From NCBI GenBank assembly GCA_964016885.1, contig CAXHJY010000491.1, forward strand, positions 117,497 to 181,496: a DNA stretch of 64,000 nucleotides, written 5' to 3'. The notes below the pieces were generated by a model that ran no database searches, had not been told where the DNA came from, and was given only the letters and a program-made list of their open reading frames with translations. Of this stretch, positions 27,001-42,000 are shown one piece after another (position 1 is the first letter of the stretch; every line of letters starts with the position of its first letter). Both the position numbers and the translations under genes were made by a program. The stretch comes from Eledone cirrhosa. Lineage: Eukaryota.

Positions 27001-30000
27001 TTAGTACAATTGACCAGTGAAGTACAGCATATTAGGCCATGTTTCCCACATGTAGACAGTAGAGTTAGTACAATTGGCCAGTGAAGTACAGTATGTTAGG
27101 CCATGTTTCCCACATGTAGACAGAAGAGTTAGTACAATTGGCCAGTGAAGTACAGCATATTAGGCCATGTTTCTCACATGTAGACAGTAGAGTTAGTACA
27201 ATTGGCCAGTGAAGTACAGCATGTTAGGCCATGTTTCCCACATGTTGACATCAGAGTTAGTACAATTGGTCAGTGAAGTACAGTATATTAGGCAATGTTT
27301 CCCACATGTAGACAGTAGAGTTAGTACACAGGGTCAGTGAAGTACAGTATGTTAGGCCATGTTTTCCACATGTATGCAGTAGATTTAGTACAATTGGCCA
27401 GTGAAGTACAGTATGTTAGGCCATGTTTCCCACATGTAGAGAGTAGAGTTAGTACAGTTGGTCAGTGAAGTATAGTATGTTAGGCCATGTTTTCCACATG
27501 TAGACAGTAGAGTTAGTACAATTGGCCAGTGAAGTACAGTATGTTAGGCCATGTTTCCCACATGTAGACAGTAGATTTAGTACAATTGGCCAGTGAAGTA
27601 AAGTATGTTAGGCCATGTTTCCCACATGTAGACAGTAGAGTTAGTCCAATTGACCAGTGAAGTACAGTATATTAGGACATATTTCCCACATGTAGACAGT
27701 AGAGTTAGTACAATTGACCAGTGAAGTACAGTATATTAGACCATGTTTCCCACATGTAGACAGTAGAGTTAGTACAATTGGCCAGTGACGAACAGTATGT
27801 TAGGCCATGTTTCCCACATGTAGACAGAAGACTTAGTACAATTGGCCAGTGAAGTACAGCATATTAGGCCATGTTTCCCACATGTAGACAGTAGAGTTAG
27901 TACAATTGGCCAGAGAAGTACAGTATGTTAGGCCATGTTTCCCACATGTAGACAGAAGAGTTAGTACAATTGGCCAGTGAAGTACAGCATATTAGGTCAT
28001 GTTTCCCACATGTAGACAGTAGAGTTAGTACAATTGGCCAATGAAGTACAGTATATTAGGCCAGTTTCCCCACATGTAGACAGTAGAGTTAGTACAATTG
28101 GCCAGTGAAGTAAAGTATGTTAGGCCATGTTTCCCACATGTAGACAGTAGAGTTAGTCCAATTGACCAGTGAAGTACAGTATATTAGGACATATTTCCCA
28201 CATGTAGACAGTAGAGTTAGTACAATTGACCAGTGAAGTACAGTATATTAGACCATGTTTCCCACATGTAGACAGTAGAGTTAGTACAATTGGCCAGTGA
28301 CGAACAGTATGTTAGGCCATGTTTCCCACATGTAGACAGAAGACTTAGTACAATTGGCCAGTGAAGTACAGCATATTAGGCCATGTTTCCCACATGTAGA
28401 CAGTAGAGTTAGTACAATTGGCCAGAGAAGTACAGTATGTTAGGCCATGTTTCCCACATGTAGACAGAAGAGTTAGTACAATTGGCCAGTGAAGTACAGC
28501 ATATTAGGTCATGTTTCCCACATGTAGACAGTAGAGTTAGTACAATTGGCCAATGAAGTACAGTATATTAGGCCAGTTTCCCCACATGTAGACAGTAGAG
28601 TTAGTACAATTGGCCAGTGAAGTACAGTATGCTAGGCCATGTTTCCACATGTAGACAGTAGAGTTAGTACTGTTGGTCAGTGAAGTACAGTATGTTGGGC
28701 CATGTTTCCCACATGTAGACAGTAGAGTTAGTACAAATGGCCAATGAAGTACAGTATATTAGGCCAGGTTTCCCGCATGTAGACAGTATAATTAGTACAA
28801 TTGACCAGTGAAGTACAGTATATTAGGCCATGTTTCCCACATGTAGACAGTAGAGTTAGTACAATTGGCCAGTGACGTACAGTATGTTAGGCCATGTTTC
28901 CCGCATGTAGACAGAAGTGTTAGTACAATTGGCCAGTGAAGTACAGCATATTAGGCCATGTTACCCACATTTAGACAGTAGAGTTAGACCAATTGGCCAA
29001 TGAAGTACAGTATATTAGGCCAGTTTCCCCACATGTAGACAGTAGAGTTAGTACAATTGGCCAGTGAAGTACAGTATGGTAGACCATGTTTCCACATGTA
29101 GACAGTAGAGTTAGTACTGTTGGTCAGTGAAGTACAGTATGTTGGGCCATGTTTCCCACATGTAGACAGTAGAGTTAGTACAATTGGTCAGTGAAGTACA
29201 GTATATTACGCCATGTTTCCCACATGTAGACAGTAGAGTTAGTACAATTGGCCAGTGAAGTACAGTATGTTAGGCCATGTTTCCCACATGTTGACATCAG
29301 AGTTAGTACAATTGGTCAGTGAAGTACAGTATATTAGGCAATGTTTCCCACATGTAGACAGTAGAGTTAGTACACAGGGTCAGTGAAGTACAGTATGTTA
29401 GGCCATGTTTCCCACATGTAGACAGTATAGAGTTAGTACAATTGGCCAGTGAAGTACAGTATGTTAGGCCATGTTTCCCACATGTAGACAGTAGAGTTAG
29501 TACAGTTGGTCAGTGAAGTATAGTATGTTAGGCCATGTTTTCCACATGTAGACAGTAGAGTTAGTACAATTGGCCAGTGAAGTATAGTATGTTAGGCCAT
29601 GTTTCCCACATGTAGTCAGTAGAGTTAGTACAATTGGCCAGTGAAGTAAAGTATGTTAGGCCATGTTTCCCACATGTAGACAGTAGAGTTAGTACAATTG
29701 ACCAGTGAAGTACAGTATATTAGGACAGATTTCCCACATGTAGACAGTAGAGTTAGTACAATTGACCAGTGAAGTACAGTATATTAGACCATGTTTCCCA
29801 CATGTAGACAGTAGAGTTAGTACAATTGGCCAGTGACGTACAGTATGTTAGGACATGTTTCCCACATGTAGACAGAAGACTTAGTACAATTGGCCAGTGA
29901 AGTACAGCATATTAGGCCATGTTTCCCACATGTAGACAGTAGAGTTAGTACAATTGGCCAGTGAAGTACAGTATGTTAGGCCATGTTTCCCACATGTAGA

Positions 30001-33000
30001 CAGAAGAGTTAGTACAATTGGCCAGTGAAGTACAGCATATTAGGCCATGTTTCCCACATGTAGACAGTAGAGTTAGTACAATTGGCCAATGAAGTACAGT
30101 ATATTAGGCCAGTTTCCCCACATGTAGACAGTAGAGTTAGTACAATTGGCCAGTGAAGTACAGTATGCTAGGCCATGTTTCCACATGTAGACAGTAGAGT
30201 TAGTACTGTTGGTCAGTGAAGTACAGTATATTAGGCAATGTTTCCCACATGTAGACAGTAGAGTTAGTACAATTGGCCAATGAAGTACAGTATGTTAGGC
30301 CATGTTTCCCTCATGTAGACAGTAGAGTTAGTACAGTTGGTCAGTGAAGTACAGTATGTTGGGCCATGTTTACCACATGTAGACAGTAGAGTTAGTACAA
30401 TTGGCCAGTGAAGTACAGTATGCTAGGCCATGTTTCCACATGTAGTCAGTAGAGTTAGTACAATTGGCCAGTGAAGTAAAGTATGTTAGGCCATGTTTCC
30501 CACATGTAGACAGTAGAGTTAGTACAATGGACCAGTGAAGTAGAGTATATTGGGACAGATTTCCCACATGTAGACAGTATAGTTAGTACAATTGACCAGT
30601 GAAGTACAGCATATTAGGCCATGTTTCCCACATGTAGACAGTAGAGTTAGTACAATTGGCCAGTGAAGTACAGTATGTTAGGCCATGTTTCCCACATGTA
30701 GACAGAAGAGTTAGTACAATTGGCCAGTGAAGTACAGCATATTAGGCCATGTTTCTCACATGTAGACAGTAGAGTTAGTACAATTGGCCAGTGAAGTACA
30801 GCATGTTAGGCCATGTTTCCCACATGTTGACATCAGAGTTAGTACAATTGGTCAGTGAAGTACAGTATATTAGGCAATGTTTCCCACATGTAGACAGTAG
30901 AGTTAGTACACAGGGTCAGTGAAGTACAGTATGTTAGGCCATGTTTTCCACATGTATGCAGTAGATTTAGTACAATTGGCCAGTGAAGTACAGTATGTTA
31001 GGCCATGTTTCCCACATGTAGAGAGTAGAGTTAGTACAGTTGGTCAGTGAAGTATAGTATGTTAGGCCATGTTTTCCACATGTAGACAGTAGAGTTAGTA
31101 CAATTGGCCAGTGAAGTACAGTATGTTAGGCCATGTTTCCCACATGTAGACAGTAGATTTAGTACAATTGGCCAGTGAAGTAAAGTATGTTAGGCCATGT
31201 TTCCCACATGTAGACAGTAGAGTTAGTCCAATTGACCAGTGAAGTACAGTATATTAGGACATATTTCCCACATGTAGACAGTAGAGTTAGTACAATTGAC
31301 CAGTGAAGTACAGTATATTAGACCATGTTTCCCACATGTAGACAGTAGAGTTAGTACAATTGGCCAGTGACGAACAGTATGTTAGGCCATGTTTCCCACA
31401 TGTAGACAGAAGACTTAGTACAATTGGCCAGTGAAGTACAGCATATTAGGCCATGTTTCCCACATGTAGACAGTAGAGTTAGTACAATTGGCCAGAGAAG
31501 TACAGTATGTTAGGCCATGTTTCCCACATGTAGACAGAAGAGTTAGTACAATTGGCCAGTGAAGTACAGCATATTAGGTCATGTTTCCCACATGTAGACA
31601 GTAGAGTTAGTACAATTGGCCAATGAAGTACAGTATATTAGGCCAGTTTCCCCACATGTAGACAGTAGAGTTAGTACAATTGGCCAGTGAAGTACAGTAT
31701 GCTAGGCCATGTTTCCACATGTAGACAGTAGAGTTAGTACTGTTGGTCAGTGAAGTACAGTATGTTGGGCCATGTTTCCCACATGTAGACAGTAAAGTTA
31801 GTACAATTGGTCAGTGAAGTACAGTATATTAGGCCAGGTTTCCCGCATGTAGACAGTATAATTAGTACAATTGACCAGTGAAGTACAGTATATTAGGCCA
31901 TGTTTCCCACATGTAGACAGTAGAGTTAGTACAATTGGCCAGTGACGTACAGTATGTTAGGCCATGTTTCCCATATGTAGACAGAAGAGTTAGTACAATT
32001 GGCCAGTGAAGTACAGCATATTAGGCCATGTTTCCCACATGTAGACAGTAGAGTTAGTACAATAGGCCAGTGAAGTACAGTATGTTAGGCCATGTTTCCC
32101 ACATGTAGACAGAAGAGTTAGTACAATTGGCCAGTGAAGTACAGTATGTTGGGCCATGTTTCCCACATGTAGACAGTAGAGTTAGTACAAATGGCCAATG
32201 AAGTACAGTATATTAGGCCAGGTTTCCCGCATGTAGACAGTATAATTAATACAATTGACCAGTGAAGTACAGTATGTTAGGCCATGTTTCCCGCATGTAG
32301 ACAGAAGTGTTAGTACAATTGGCCAGTGAAGTACAGCATATTAGGCCATGTTTCCCACATTTAGACAGTAGAGTTAGACCAATTGGCCAATGAAGTACAG
32401 TATATTAGGCCAGTTTCCCCACATGTAGACAATAGAGTTAGTACAATTGGCCAGTGAAGTACAGTATGGTAGACCATGTTTCCACATGTAGACAGTAGAG
32501 TTAGTACTGTTGGTCAGTGAAGTACAGTATGTTGGGCCATGTTTCCCACATGTAGACAGTAAAGTTAGTACAATTGGTCAGTGAAGTACAGTATATTAGG
32601 CCATGTTTCCCACATGTAGACAGTAGAGTTAGTACAATTGGCCATTGAAGTACAGTATGTTAGGCCATGTTTCCCACATGTAGACAGTAGAGTTAGTACA
32701 GTTGGTCAATGAAGTACAGTATGTTAGGCCATGTTTCCCACATCTAGACAGTAGAGTTAATACAATTGACCAGTGAAGTACAGTATATTAGGACAGATTT
32801 ACCACATGTAGACAGTATAGTTAGTACAACTGACCAGTGAAGTACAGTATATTAGACCATGTTTCCCACATGTAGACAGTAGAGTTAGTACAATTGGCCA
32901 GTGACGTACTGTATGTTAGGCCATGTTTCCCACATGTAGACAGTAGAGTTAGTACAATTGGCAATTGAAGTACAGTATATTAGGCCGGGTTTCCCGCATG

Positions 33001-36000
33001 TAGACATTATAATTAGTACAATTGGCCAGTGACGTACAGTATGTTAGGCCATGTTTCCCACATGTAGACAGTAGAGTTAGTACAATTGGCCAGTGAAGTA
33101 CAGTATGTTAGGCCATGTTTCCCACATGTAGACAGAAGAGTTAGTACAATTGGCCAGTGAAGTACAGCAAATATTAGGCCATGTTTCCCACATGTAGACA
33201 GTAGAGTTAGTACAATTGGCCAATGAAGTACAGTATATTAGGCCAGTTTCCCCACATGTAGACAGTACAGTTAGTACAATTGGCCAGTGAAGTACAGTAT
33301 GCTAGGCCATGTTTCCACATGTAGACAGTAGAGTTAGTACTGTTGGTCAGTGAAGTACAGTATGTTGGGCCATGTTTCCCACATGTAGACAGTAAAGTTA
33401 GTAATTGACCAGTGAAGTACAGTATATTAGGACATATTTCCCACATGTAGACAGTATAGTTAGTACAATTGACCAGTGAAGTACAGTATATTAGACCATG
33501 TTTCCCACATGTAGAGAGTAGATTTAGTACAATTGGCCAGTGACGTATAGTATGTTAGGCCATGTTTCCCACATGTAGACAGTAGAGTTAGTACAAATGG
33601 CCAATTAAGTACAGTATATTAGGCCAGGTTTCCCGCATGTAGACAGTATAATTAGTACAATTGACCAGTGAAGTACAGTATATTAGGCCATGTTTCCCAC
33701 ATGTAGACAGTAGAGTTATTACAATTAGCCGATGAAGTACAGTATATTAGGCCAGGTTCCCCACATCTAGAAAGTAGAGTTAGTACAATTGGCCAGTGAA
33801 GTACAGTATGTTGGGCCATGTTTCCCACATGTAGACAGTAGAGTTAGTACAAATGGCCAATGAAGTACAGTATATTAGGCCAGGTTTCCCGCATGTAGAC
33901 AGTATAATTAGTACAATTGACCAGTGAAGTACAGTATATTAGGCCATGTTTCCCACATGTAGACAGTAGAGTTAGTACAATTGGCCAGTGACGTACAGTA
34001 TGTTAGGCCATGTTTCCCGCATGTAGACATAAGTGTTAGTACAATTGGCCAGTGAAGTACAGCATATTAGGCCATGTTACCCACATTTAGACAGTAGAGT
34101 TAGACCAATTGGCCAATGAAGTACAGTATATTAGGCCAGTTTCCCCACATGTAGACAGTAGAGTTAGTACAATTGGCCAGTGAAGTACAGTATATTAGGC
34201 CATGTTTCCCACATGTAGACAGTAGAGTTAGTACAATTGGCCAGTGACGTACAGTATGTTAGGCCATGTTTCCCGCATGTAGACAGAAGTGTTAGTACAA
34301 TTGGCCAGTGAAGTACAGCATATTAGGCCATGTTACCCACATTTAGACAGTAGAGTTAGACCAATTGGCCAATGAAGTACAGTATATTAGGCCAGTTTCC
34401 CCACATGTAGACAGTAGAGTTAGATCAATTGGCCAGTGAAGTACAGTATGGTAGGCCATGTTTCCACATGTAGACAGTAGAGTTAGTACTGTTGGTCAGT
34501 GAAGTACAGTATGTTGGGCCATGTTTCCCACATGTAGACAGTAAAGTTAGTACAATTGGTCAGTGAAGTACAGTATATTAGGCCATGTTTCCCACATGTA
34601 GACAGTAGAGTTAGTACAATTGGCCATTGAAGTACAGTATGTTAGACCATGTTTCCCACATGTAGACAGTAGAGTTAGTACAGTTGGTGAGTGAAGTACA
34701 GTATGTTAGGCCATGTTTCCCACATGTAGACAGAAGAGTTAGTACAATTGGCCAGTGAAGTACAGCATATTAGGTCATGTTTCCCACATGTAGACAGTAG
34801 AGTTAGTACAATTGGCCAATGAAGTACAGTATATTAGGCCAGTTTCCCCACATGTAGACAGTAGAGTTAGTACAATTGGCCAGTGAAGTACAGTATGCTA
34901 GGCCATGTTTCCACATATAGACAGTAGAGTTAGTACTGTTGGTCAGTGAAGTACAGTATGTTGGGCCATGTTTCCCACATGTAGACAGTAAAGTTAGTAC
35001 AATTGGTCAGTGAAGTACAGTATATTAGGCCAGGTTTCCCGCATGTAGACAGTATAATTAGTACAATTGACCAGTGAAGTACAGTATATTAGGCCATGTT
35101 TCCCACATGTAGACAGTAGAGTTAGTACAATTGGCCAGTGACGTACAGTATGTTAGGCCATGTTTCCCATATGTAGACAGAAGAGTTAGTACAATTGGCC
35201 AGTGAAGTACAGCATATTAGGCCATGTTTCCCACATGTAGACAGTAGAGTTAGTACAATTGGCCAGTGATGTACAGTATGTTTAGGCCATGTTTCCCACA
35301 TGTAGACAGAAGAGTTAGTACAATTGGCCAGTGAAGTACAGCATATTAGGCCATGTTTCCCACATGTAGACAGTAGAGTTAGTACAATTAGCCGATGAAG
35401 TACAGTATATTAGGCCAGGTTCCCCACATCTAGAAAGTAGAGTTAGTACAATTGGCCAGTGAAGTACAGTATGTTGGGCCATGTTTCCCACATGTAGACA
35501 GTAGAGTTAGTACAAATGGCCAATGAAGTACAGTATATTAGGCCAGGTTTCCCGCATGTAGACAGTATAATTAGTACAATTGACCAGTGAAGTACAGTAT
35601 GTTAGGCCATGTTTCCCGCATGTAGACAGAAGTGTTAGTACAATTGGCCACTGAAGTACAGCATATTAGGCCATGTTTCCCACATTTAGACAGTAGAGTT
35701 AGACCAATTGGCCAATGAAGTACAGTATATTAGGCCAGTTTCCCCACATGTAGACAGTAGAGTTAGTACAATTGGCCAGTGAAGTACAGTATGGTAGACC
35801 ATGTTTCCACATGTAGACAGTAGAGTTAGTACTGTTGGTCAGTGAAGTACAGTATGTTGGGCCATGTTTCCCACATGTAGACAGTAAAGTTAGTACAATT
35901 GGTCAGTGAAGTACAGTATATTAGGCCATGTTTCCCACATGTAGACAGTAGAGTTAGTACAATTGGCCATTGAAGTACAGTATGTTAGGCCATGTTTCCC

Positions 36001-39000
36001 ACATGTAGACAGTAGAGTTAGTACAGTTGGTCAGTGTAGTACAGTATGTTAGGCCATGTTTCCCACATCTAGACAGTAGAGTTAATACAATTGACCAGTG
36101 AAGTACAGTATATTAGGACAGATTTACCACATGTAGACAGTATAGTTAGTACAACTGACCAGTGACGTACAGTATGTTAGGCCATGTTTCCCACATGTAG
36201 ACAGTAGAGTTAGTACAATTGGCCAATGAAGTACAGTATATTAGGCCAGGTTTCCCGCATGTAGACATTATAATTAGTACAATTGGCCAGTGACGTACAG
36301 TATGTTAGGCCATGTTTCCCACATGTAGACAGTAGAGTTAGTACAATTGGCCAGTGAAGTACAGTATGTTAGGCCATGTTTCCCACATGTAGACAGAAGA
36401 GTTAGTACAATTGGCCAGTGAAGTACAGCATATTAGGCCATGTTTCCCACATGTAGACAGTAGAGTTAGTACAATTGGCCAATGAAGTACAGTATATTAG
36501 GCCAGTTTCCCCACATGTAGACAGTAGAGTTAGTACAATTGGCCAGTGAAGTACAGTATGCTAGGCCATGTTTCCACATGTAGACAGTAGAGTTAGTACT
36601 GTTGGTCAGTGAAGTACAGTATGTTGGGCCATGTTTCCCACATGTAGACAGTAAAGTTAGTACAATTGGTCAGTGAAGTACAGTGTATTAGGCCATGTTT
36701 CCCACATCTGGACAGTAGAGTTAGTAATTGACCAGTGAAGTACAGTATATTAGGACAGATTTCCCACATGTAGACAGTATAGTTAGTACAATTGACCAGT
36801 GAAGTACAGTATATTAGACCATGTTCCCCACATGTAGAGAGTAGATTTAGTACAATTGGCCAGTGACGTATAGTATGTTAGGCCATGTTTCCCACATGTA
36901 GACAGTAGAGTTAGTACAAATGGCCAATTAAGTACAGTATATTAGGCCAGGTTTCCCGCATGTAGACAGTATAATTAGTACAATTGACCAGTGAAGTACA
37001 GTATATTAGGCCATGTTTCCCACATGTAGACAGTAGAGTTAGTACAATTGGCCAGTGACGTACAGTATGTTAGGCCATGTTTCCCATATGTAGACAGAAG
37101 AGTTAGTACAATTGGCCAGTGAAGTACAGCATATTAGGCCATGTTTCCCACATGTAGACAGTAGAGTTAGTACAATTGGCCAGTGAAGTACAGTATGTTA
37201 GGCCATGTTTCCCACATGTAGACAGAAGAGTTAGTACAATTGGCCAGTGAAGTACAGCATATTAGGCCATGTTTCCCACATGTAGACAGTAGAGTTAGTA
37301 CAATTAGCCGATGAAGTACAGTATATTAGGCCAGGTTCCCCACATCTAGAAAGTAGAGTTAGTACAATTGGCCAGTGAAGTACAGTATGTTGGGCCATGT
37401 TTCCCACATGTAGACAGTAGAGTTAGTACAAATGGCCAATGAAGTACAGTATATTAGGCCAGGTTTCCCGCATGTAGACAGTATAATTAGTACAATTGAC
37501 CAGTGAAGTACAGTATATTAGGCCATGTTTCCCACATGTAGACAGTAGAGTTAGTACAATTGGCCAGTGACGTACAGTATGTTAGGCCATGTTTCCCGCA
37601 TGTAGACAGAAGTGTTAGTACAATTGGCCAGTGAAGTACAGCATATTAGGCCATGTTACCCACATTTAGACAGTAGAGTTAGACCAATTGGCCAATGAAG
37701 TACAGTATTTTAGGCCATGTTTCCCACATCAAGACAGTAGAGTTAGTACAATTGGCCAGTGAAGTACAGTATGGTAGACCATGTTTCCACATGTAGACAG
37801 TAGAGTTAGTACTGTTGGTCAGTGAAGTACAGTATGGTGGGCCATGTTTCCCACATGTAGACAGTAGAGTTAGTACAATTGGTCAGTGAAGTACAGTATA
37901 TTAGGCCATGTTTCCCACATGTAGACAGTAGAGTTAGTACAATTGGCCATTGAAGTACAGTATGTTAGACCATGTTTCCCACATGTAGACAGTAGAGTTA
38001 GTACAGTTGGTCAGTGAAGTACAGTATGTTAGGCCATGTTTCCCACATCAAGACAGTAGAGTTAATACAATTGACCAGTGAAGTACAGTATATTAGGATA
38101 GATTTACCACATGTAGACAGTATAGTTAGTACAACTGTCCAGTGAAGTACAGTATATTAGACCATGTTTCCCACATGTAGACAGTAGAGTTAGTACAATT
38201 GGCCAGTGACGTACAGTATGTTAGGCCATGTTTCCCACATGTAGACAGTAGAGTTAGTACAATTGGCCAATGAAGTACAGTATATCAGGCCAGGTTTCCC
38301 GCATGTAGACAGTATAATTAGTACAATTGACCATTGAAGTACAGTATATTAGGCCATGTTTCCCACATGTAGACAGTAGAGTTAGTACAATTGGCCAATG
38401 AAGTACAGTATATTAGGCCAGATTTCCCACATGTAGACAGTATAGTTAGTACAATTGGCCAGTGAAGTACAGTATATTAGACCATGTTTCCCAGATGTAG
38501 ACAGTAGAGTTAGTACAATTGGCCAGTGACGTATAGTATGTTAGGCCATGTTTCCCACATGTAGACAGTAGAGTTAGTACAAATGGCCAATTAAGTACAG
38601 TATATTAGGCCAGGTTTCCCGCATGTAGACAGTATAATTAGTACAATTGACCAGTGAAGTACAGTATATTAGGACATGTTTCCCACATGTAGACAGTAGA
38701 GTTAGTACAATTGGCCAGTGACGTACAGTATGTTAGGCCATGTTTCCCATATGTAGACAGAAGAGTTAGTACAATTGGCCAGTGAAGTACAGCATATTAG
38801 GCCATGTTTCCCACATGTAGACAGTAGAGTTAGTACAATTGGCCAGTGAAGTACAGTATGTTAGGCCATGTTTCCCACATGTAGACAGAAGAGTTAGTAC
38901 AATTGGCCAGTGAAGTACAGCATATTAGGCCATGTTTCCCACATGTAGACCGTAGAGTTATTACAATTAGCCGATGAAGTACAGTATATTAGGCCAGGTT

Positions 39001-42000
39001 CCCCCACATCTAGAAAGTAGAGTTAGTACAATTGGCCAGTGAAGTACAGTATGTTGGGCCATGTTTCCCACATGTAGACAGTAAAGTTAGTACAATTGGT
39101 CAGTGAAGTACAGTATGTTAGGCCATGTTTCCCACATGTAGACAGTAGAGTTAGTACAGCTGGTCAGTGAAGTACAGTATGTTGGGCCATGTTTACCACA
39201 TGTAGACAGTAGAGTTAGTACAATTGGCCAGTGAAGTACAGTATGTTAGGCCATGTTTCCCTCATGTAGACAGTAGAGTTAGTACAGTTGGTCAGTGAAG
39301 TACAGTATGTTGGGCCATGTTTCCCACATGTAGACAGTAGAGTTAGTACAAATGACCAGTGAAGAACAGTATGTTAGGCCATGTTTCCCACATGTAGACA
39401 GTAGAGTTAGTACAATTGGCCAGTGAAGTACAGTATGTGAGGCCATGTTTCACACATGTTGACATCGGAGTTAGTACAATTGGCCAGTGAAGTACAGTAT
39501 ATTAGGCAATGTTTCCCACATGTAGACAGTAGAGATAGTACAATTGGCCAATGAAGTACAGTATATTAGGCCAGTTTCCCCACATGTAGACAGTAGAGTT
39601 AGTACAATTGGCCAGTGAAGTACAATATGCTAGGCCATGTTTCCACATGTAGTCAGTAGTGTTAGTACAATTGGCCAGTGAAGTAAAGTATGTTAGGCCA
39701 TGTTTCCCACATGTAGTCAGTAGAGTTAGTACAATTGACCAGTGAAGTAGAGTATATTGGGACAGATTTCCCACATGTAGACAGTATAGTTAGTACAATT
39801 GACCAGTGAAGTACAGCATATTAGGCCATGTTTCCCACATGTAGACAGTAGAGTTATTACAATTAGCCGATGAAGTACAGTATATTAGGCCAGGTTCCCC
39901 ACATCTAGAAAGTAGAGTTAGTACAATTGGCCAGTGAAGTACAGTATGTTGGGCCATGTTTCCCACATGTAGACAGTAAAGTTAGTACAATTGGTCAGTG
40001 AAGTACAGTATGTTGGGCCATGTTTACCACATGTAGACAGTAGAGTTAGTACAATTGGCCAGTGAAGTACAGTATGGTAGGCCATGTTTCCCTCATGTAG
40101 ACAGTAGAGTTAGTACAGTTGGTCAGTGAAGTACAGTATGTTGGGCCATGTTTACCACATGTAGACAGTAGAGTTAGTACAATTGGCCAGTGAAGTACAG
40201 TATGTTAGACCATGTTTCCCACAATGTAGACAGTAGAGTTAGTACAATTGGCCAGTGAAGTACAGTATGCTAGGGCATGTTTCCCACATGTAGACAGTAG
40301 AGTTAGTACAAATGACCAGTGAAGTACAGTATGTTAGGCCATGTTTCCCACATGTAGACAGTAGAGTTAGTACAATTGGCCAGTGAAGTACAGTATGTGA
40401 GGCCATGTTTCACACATGTTGACATCGGAGTTAGTACAATTGGCCAGTGAAGTACAGTATATTAGGCAATGTTTCCCACATGTAGACAGTAGAGTTAGTA
40501 CAATTGGCCAATGAAGTACAGTATATTATTTCCCCACATGTAGACAGTAGAGTTAGTACAATTGGCCAGTGAAGTACAGTATGCTAGGCCATGTTTCCAC
40601 ATGTAGTCAGTAGAGTTAGTACAATTGGCCAGTGAAGTAAAGTATGTTAGGTCATGTTTCCCACATGTAGACAGTAGAGTTAGTACAATTGACCAGTGAA
40701 ATAGAGTATATTGGGACAGATTTCCCACATGTAGACAGTATAGTTAGTACAATTGACCAGTGAAGTACAGCATATTAGGCCATGTTTCCCACATGTAGAC
40801 AGTAGAGTTAGTACAATTGGCCAATGAAGTACAGTATGTTAGGCGATGTTTCCCACATGTAGACAGAAAAGTTAGTACAATTGGCAAGTGAAGTACAGCA
40901 TATTAGGCCAGGTTTCCCACATGTAGACAGTAGAGTTAGTACAATTGGCCAATGAAGTACAGTATATTAGGCCAGTTTCCCCACACGTAGACAGTAGAGT
41001 TAGTACAATTAGCCAGTGAAGTACAGTATGCTAGGCCATGTTTCCACATGTAGACAGTAGAGTTAGTACTGTTGGTCAGTGAAGTACAGTATGTTGGGCC
41101 ATGTTTCCCACATGTAGACAGTAAAGTTAGTACAATTGGTCAGTGACGTACAGTATATTAGGCCATGTTTCCCACATGTAGACAGTAGAGTTAGTACAAT
41201 TGGCCAGTGAAGTACAGTATGTTAGGCCATGTTTACCACATGTAGACAGTAGAGTTAGTACAGTTGGTCAGTGAAGTACAGTATGTTACGCCATGTTTCC
41301 CACATGTAGACAGTAGAGTTATTACAATTGGCCAGTGAAGTACAGTATGTTAGGCAATGCTTCCCACATGTAGACAGTAGAGTTAGTACAGTTGGTCAGT
41401 GAAGTACAGTATGTTAGGCCATGTTTCCCACATGTAGACAGTAGAGTTAGTACAATTGGCCAGTGAAGTACAGTATGTTAGGCCATGTTTCCCACATGTA
41501 GACAGTAGAGTTAGTACAATTGGCCAGTGAAGTACAGTATGTTAGGCCATGTTTCCCACATGTAGACAGTAGAGTTAGTACAGTTGGTCAGTGAAGTACA
41601 ATATGTTAGGCCATGTTTCCCACATGTAGACAGTAGAGTTAGTACAGTTGGTCAGTGAATTACAGTCTGTTAGGCCATGTTTCCCACATGTAGACAGTAG
41701 AGGTAGTACAATTGGCCAGTGAAGTACAATATGTTAGGCCATGTTTCGCACATGTAGACAGTAGAGTTAGTACAGCTGGTCAGTGAAGTACAGTATGTTA
41801 GGCCATGTTTCCCACATGTTGACAGTAGAGTTAGTACAATTGGCCAGTGAAGTACAATATGTTAGGCCATGTTTCCCACATGTAGACAGTAGAGTTAGTA
41901 CAGTTGGTCAGTGATGTACAGTATGTTAGGCCATGTTTCCCACATGTAGACAGTAGAGTTAGTACAATTGGTCAGTGAAGTACAGTGTATTAGGCCATGT

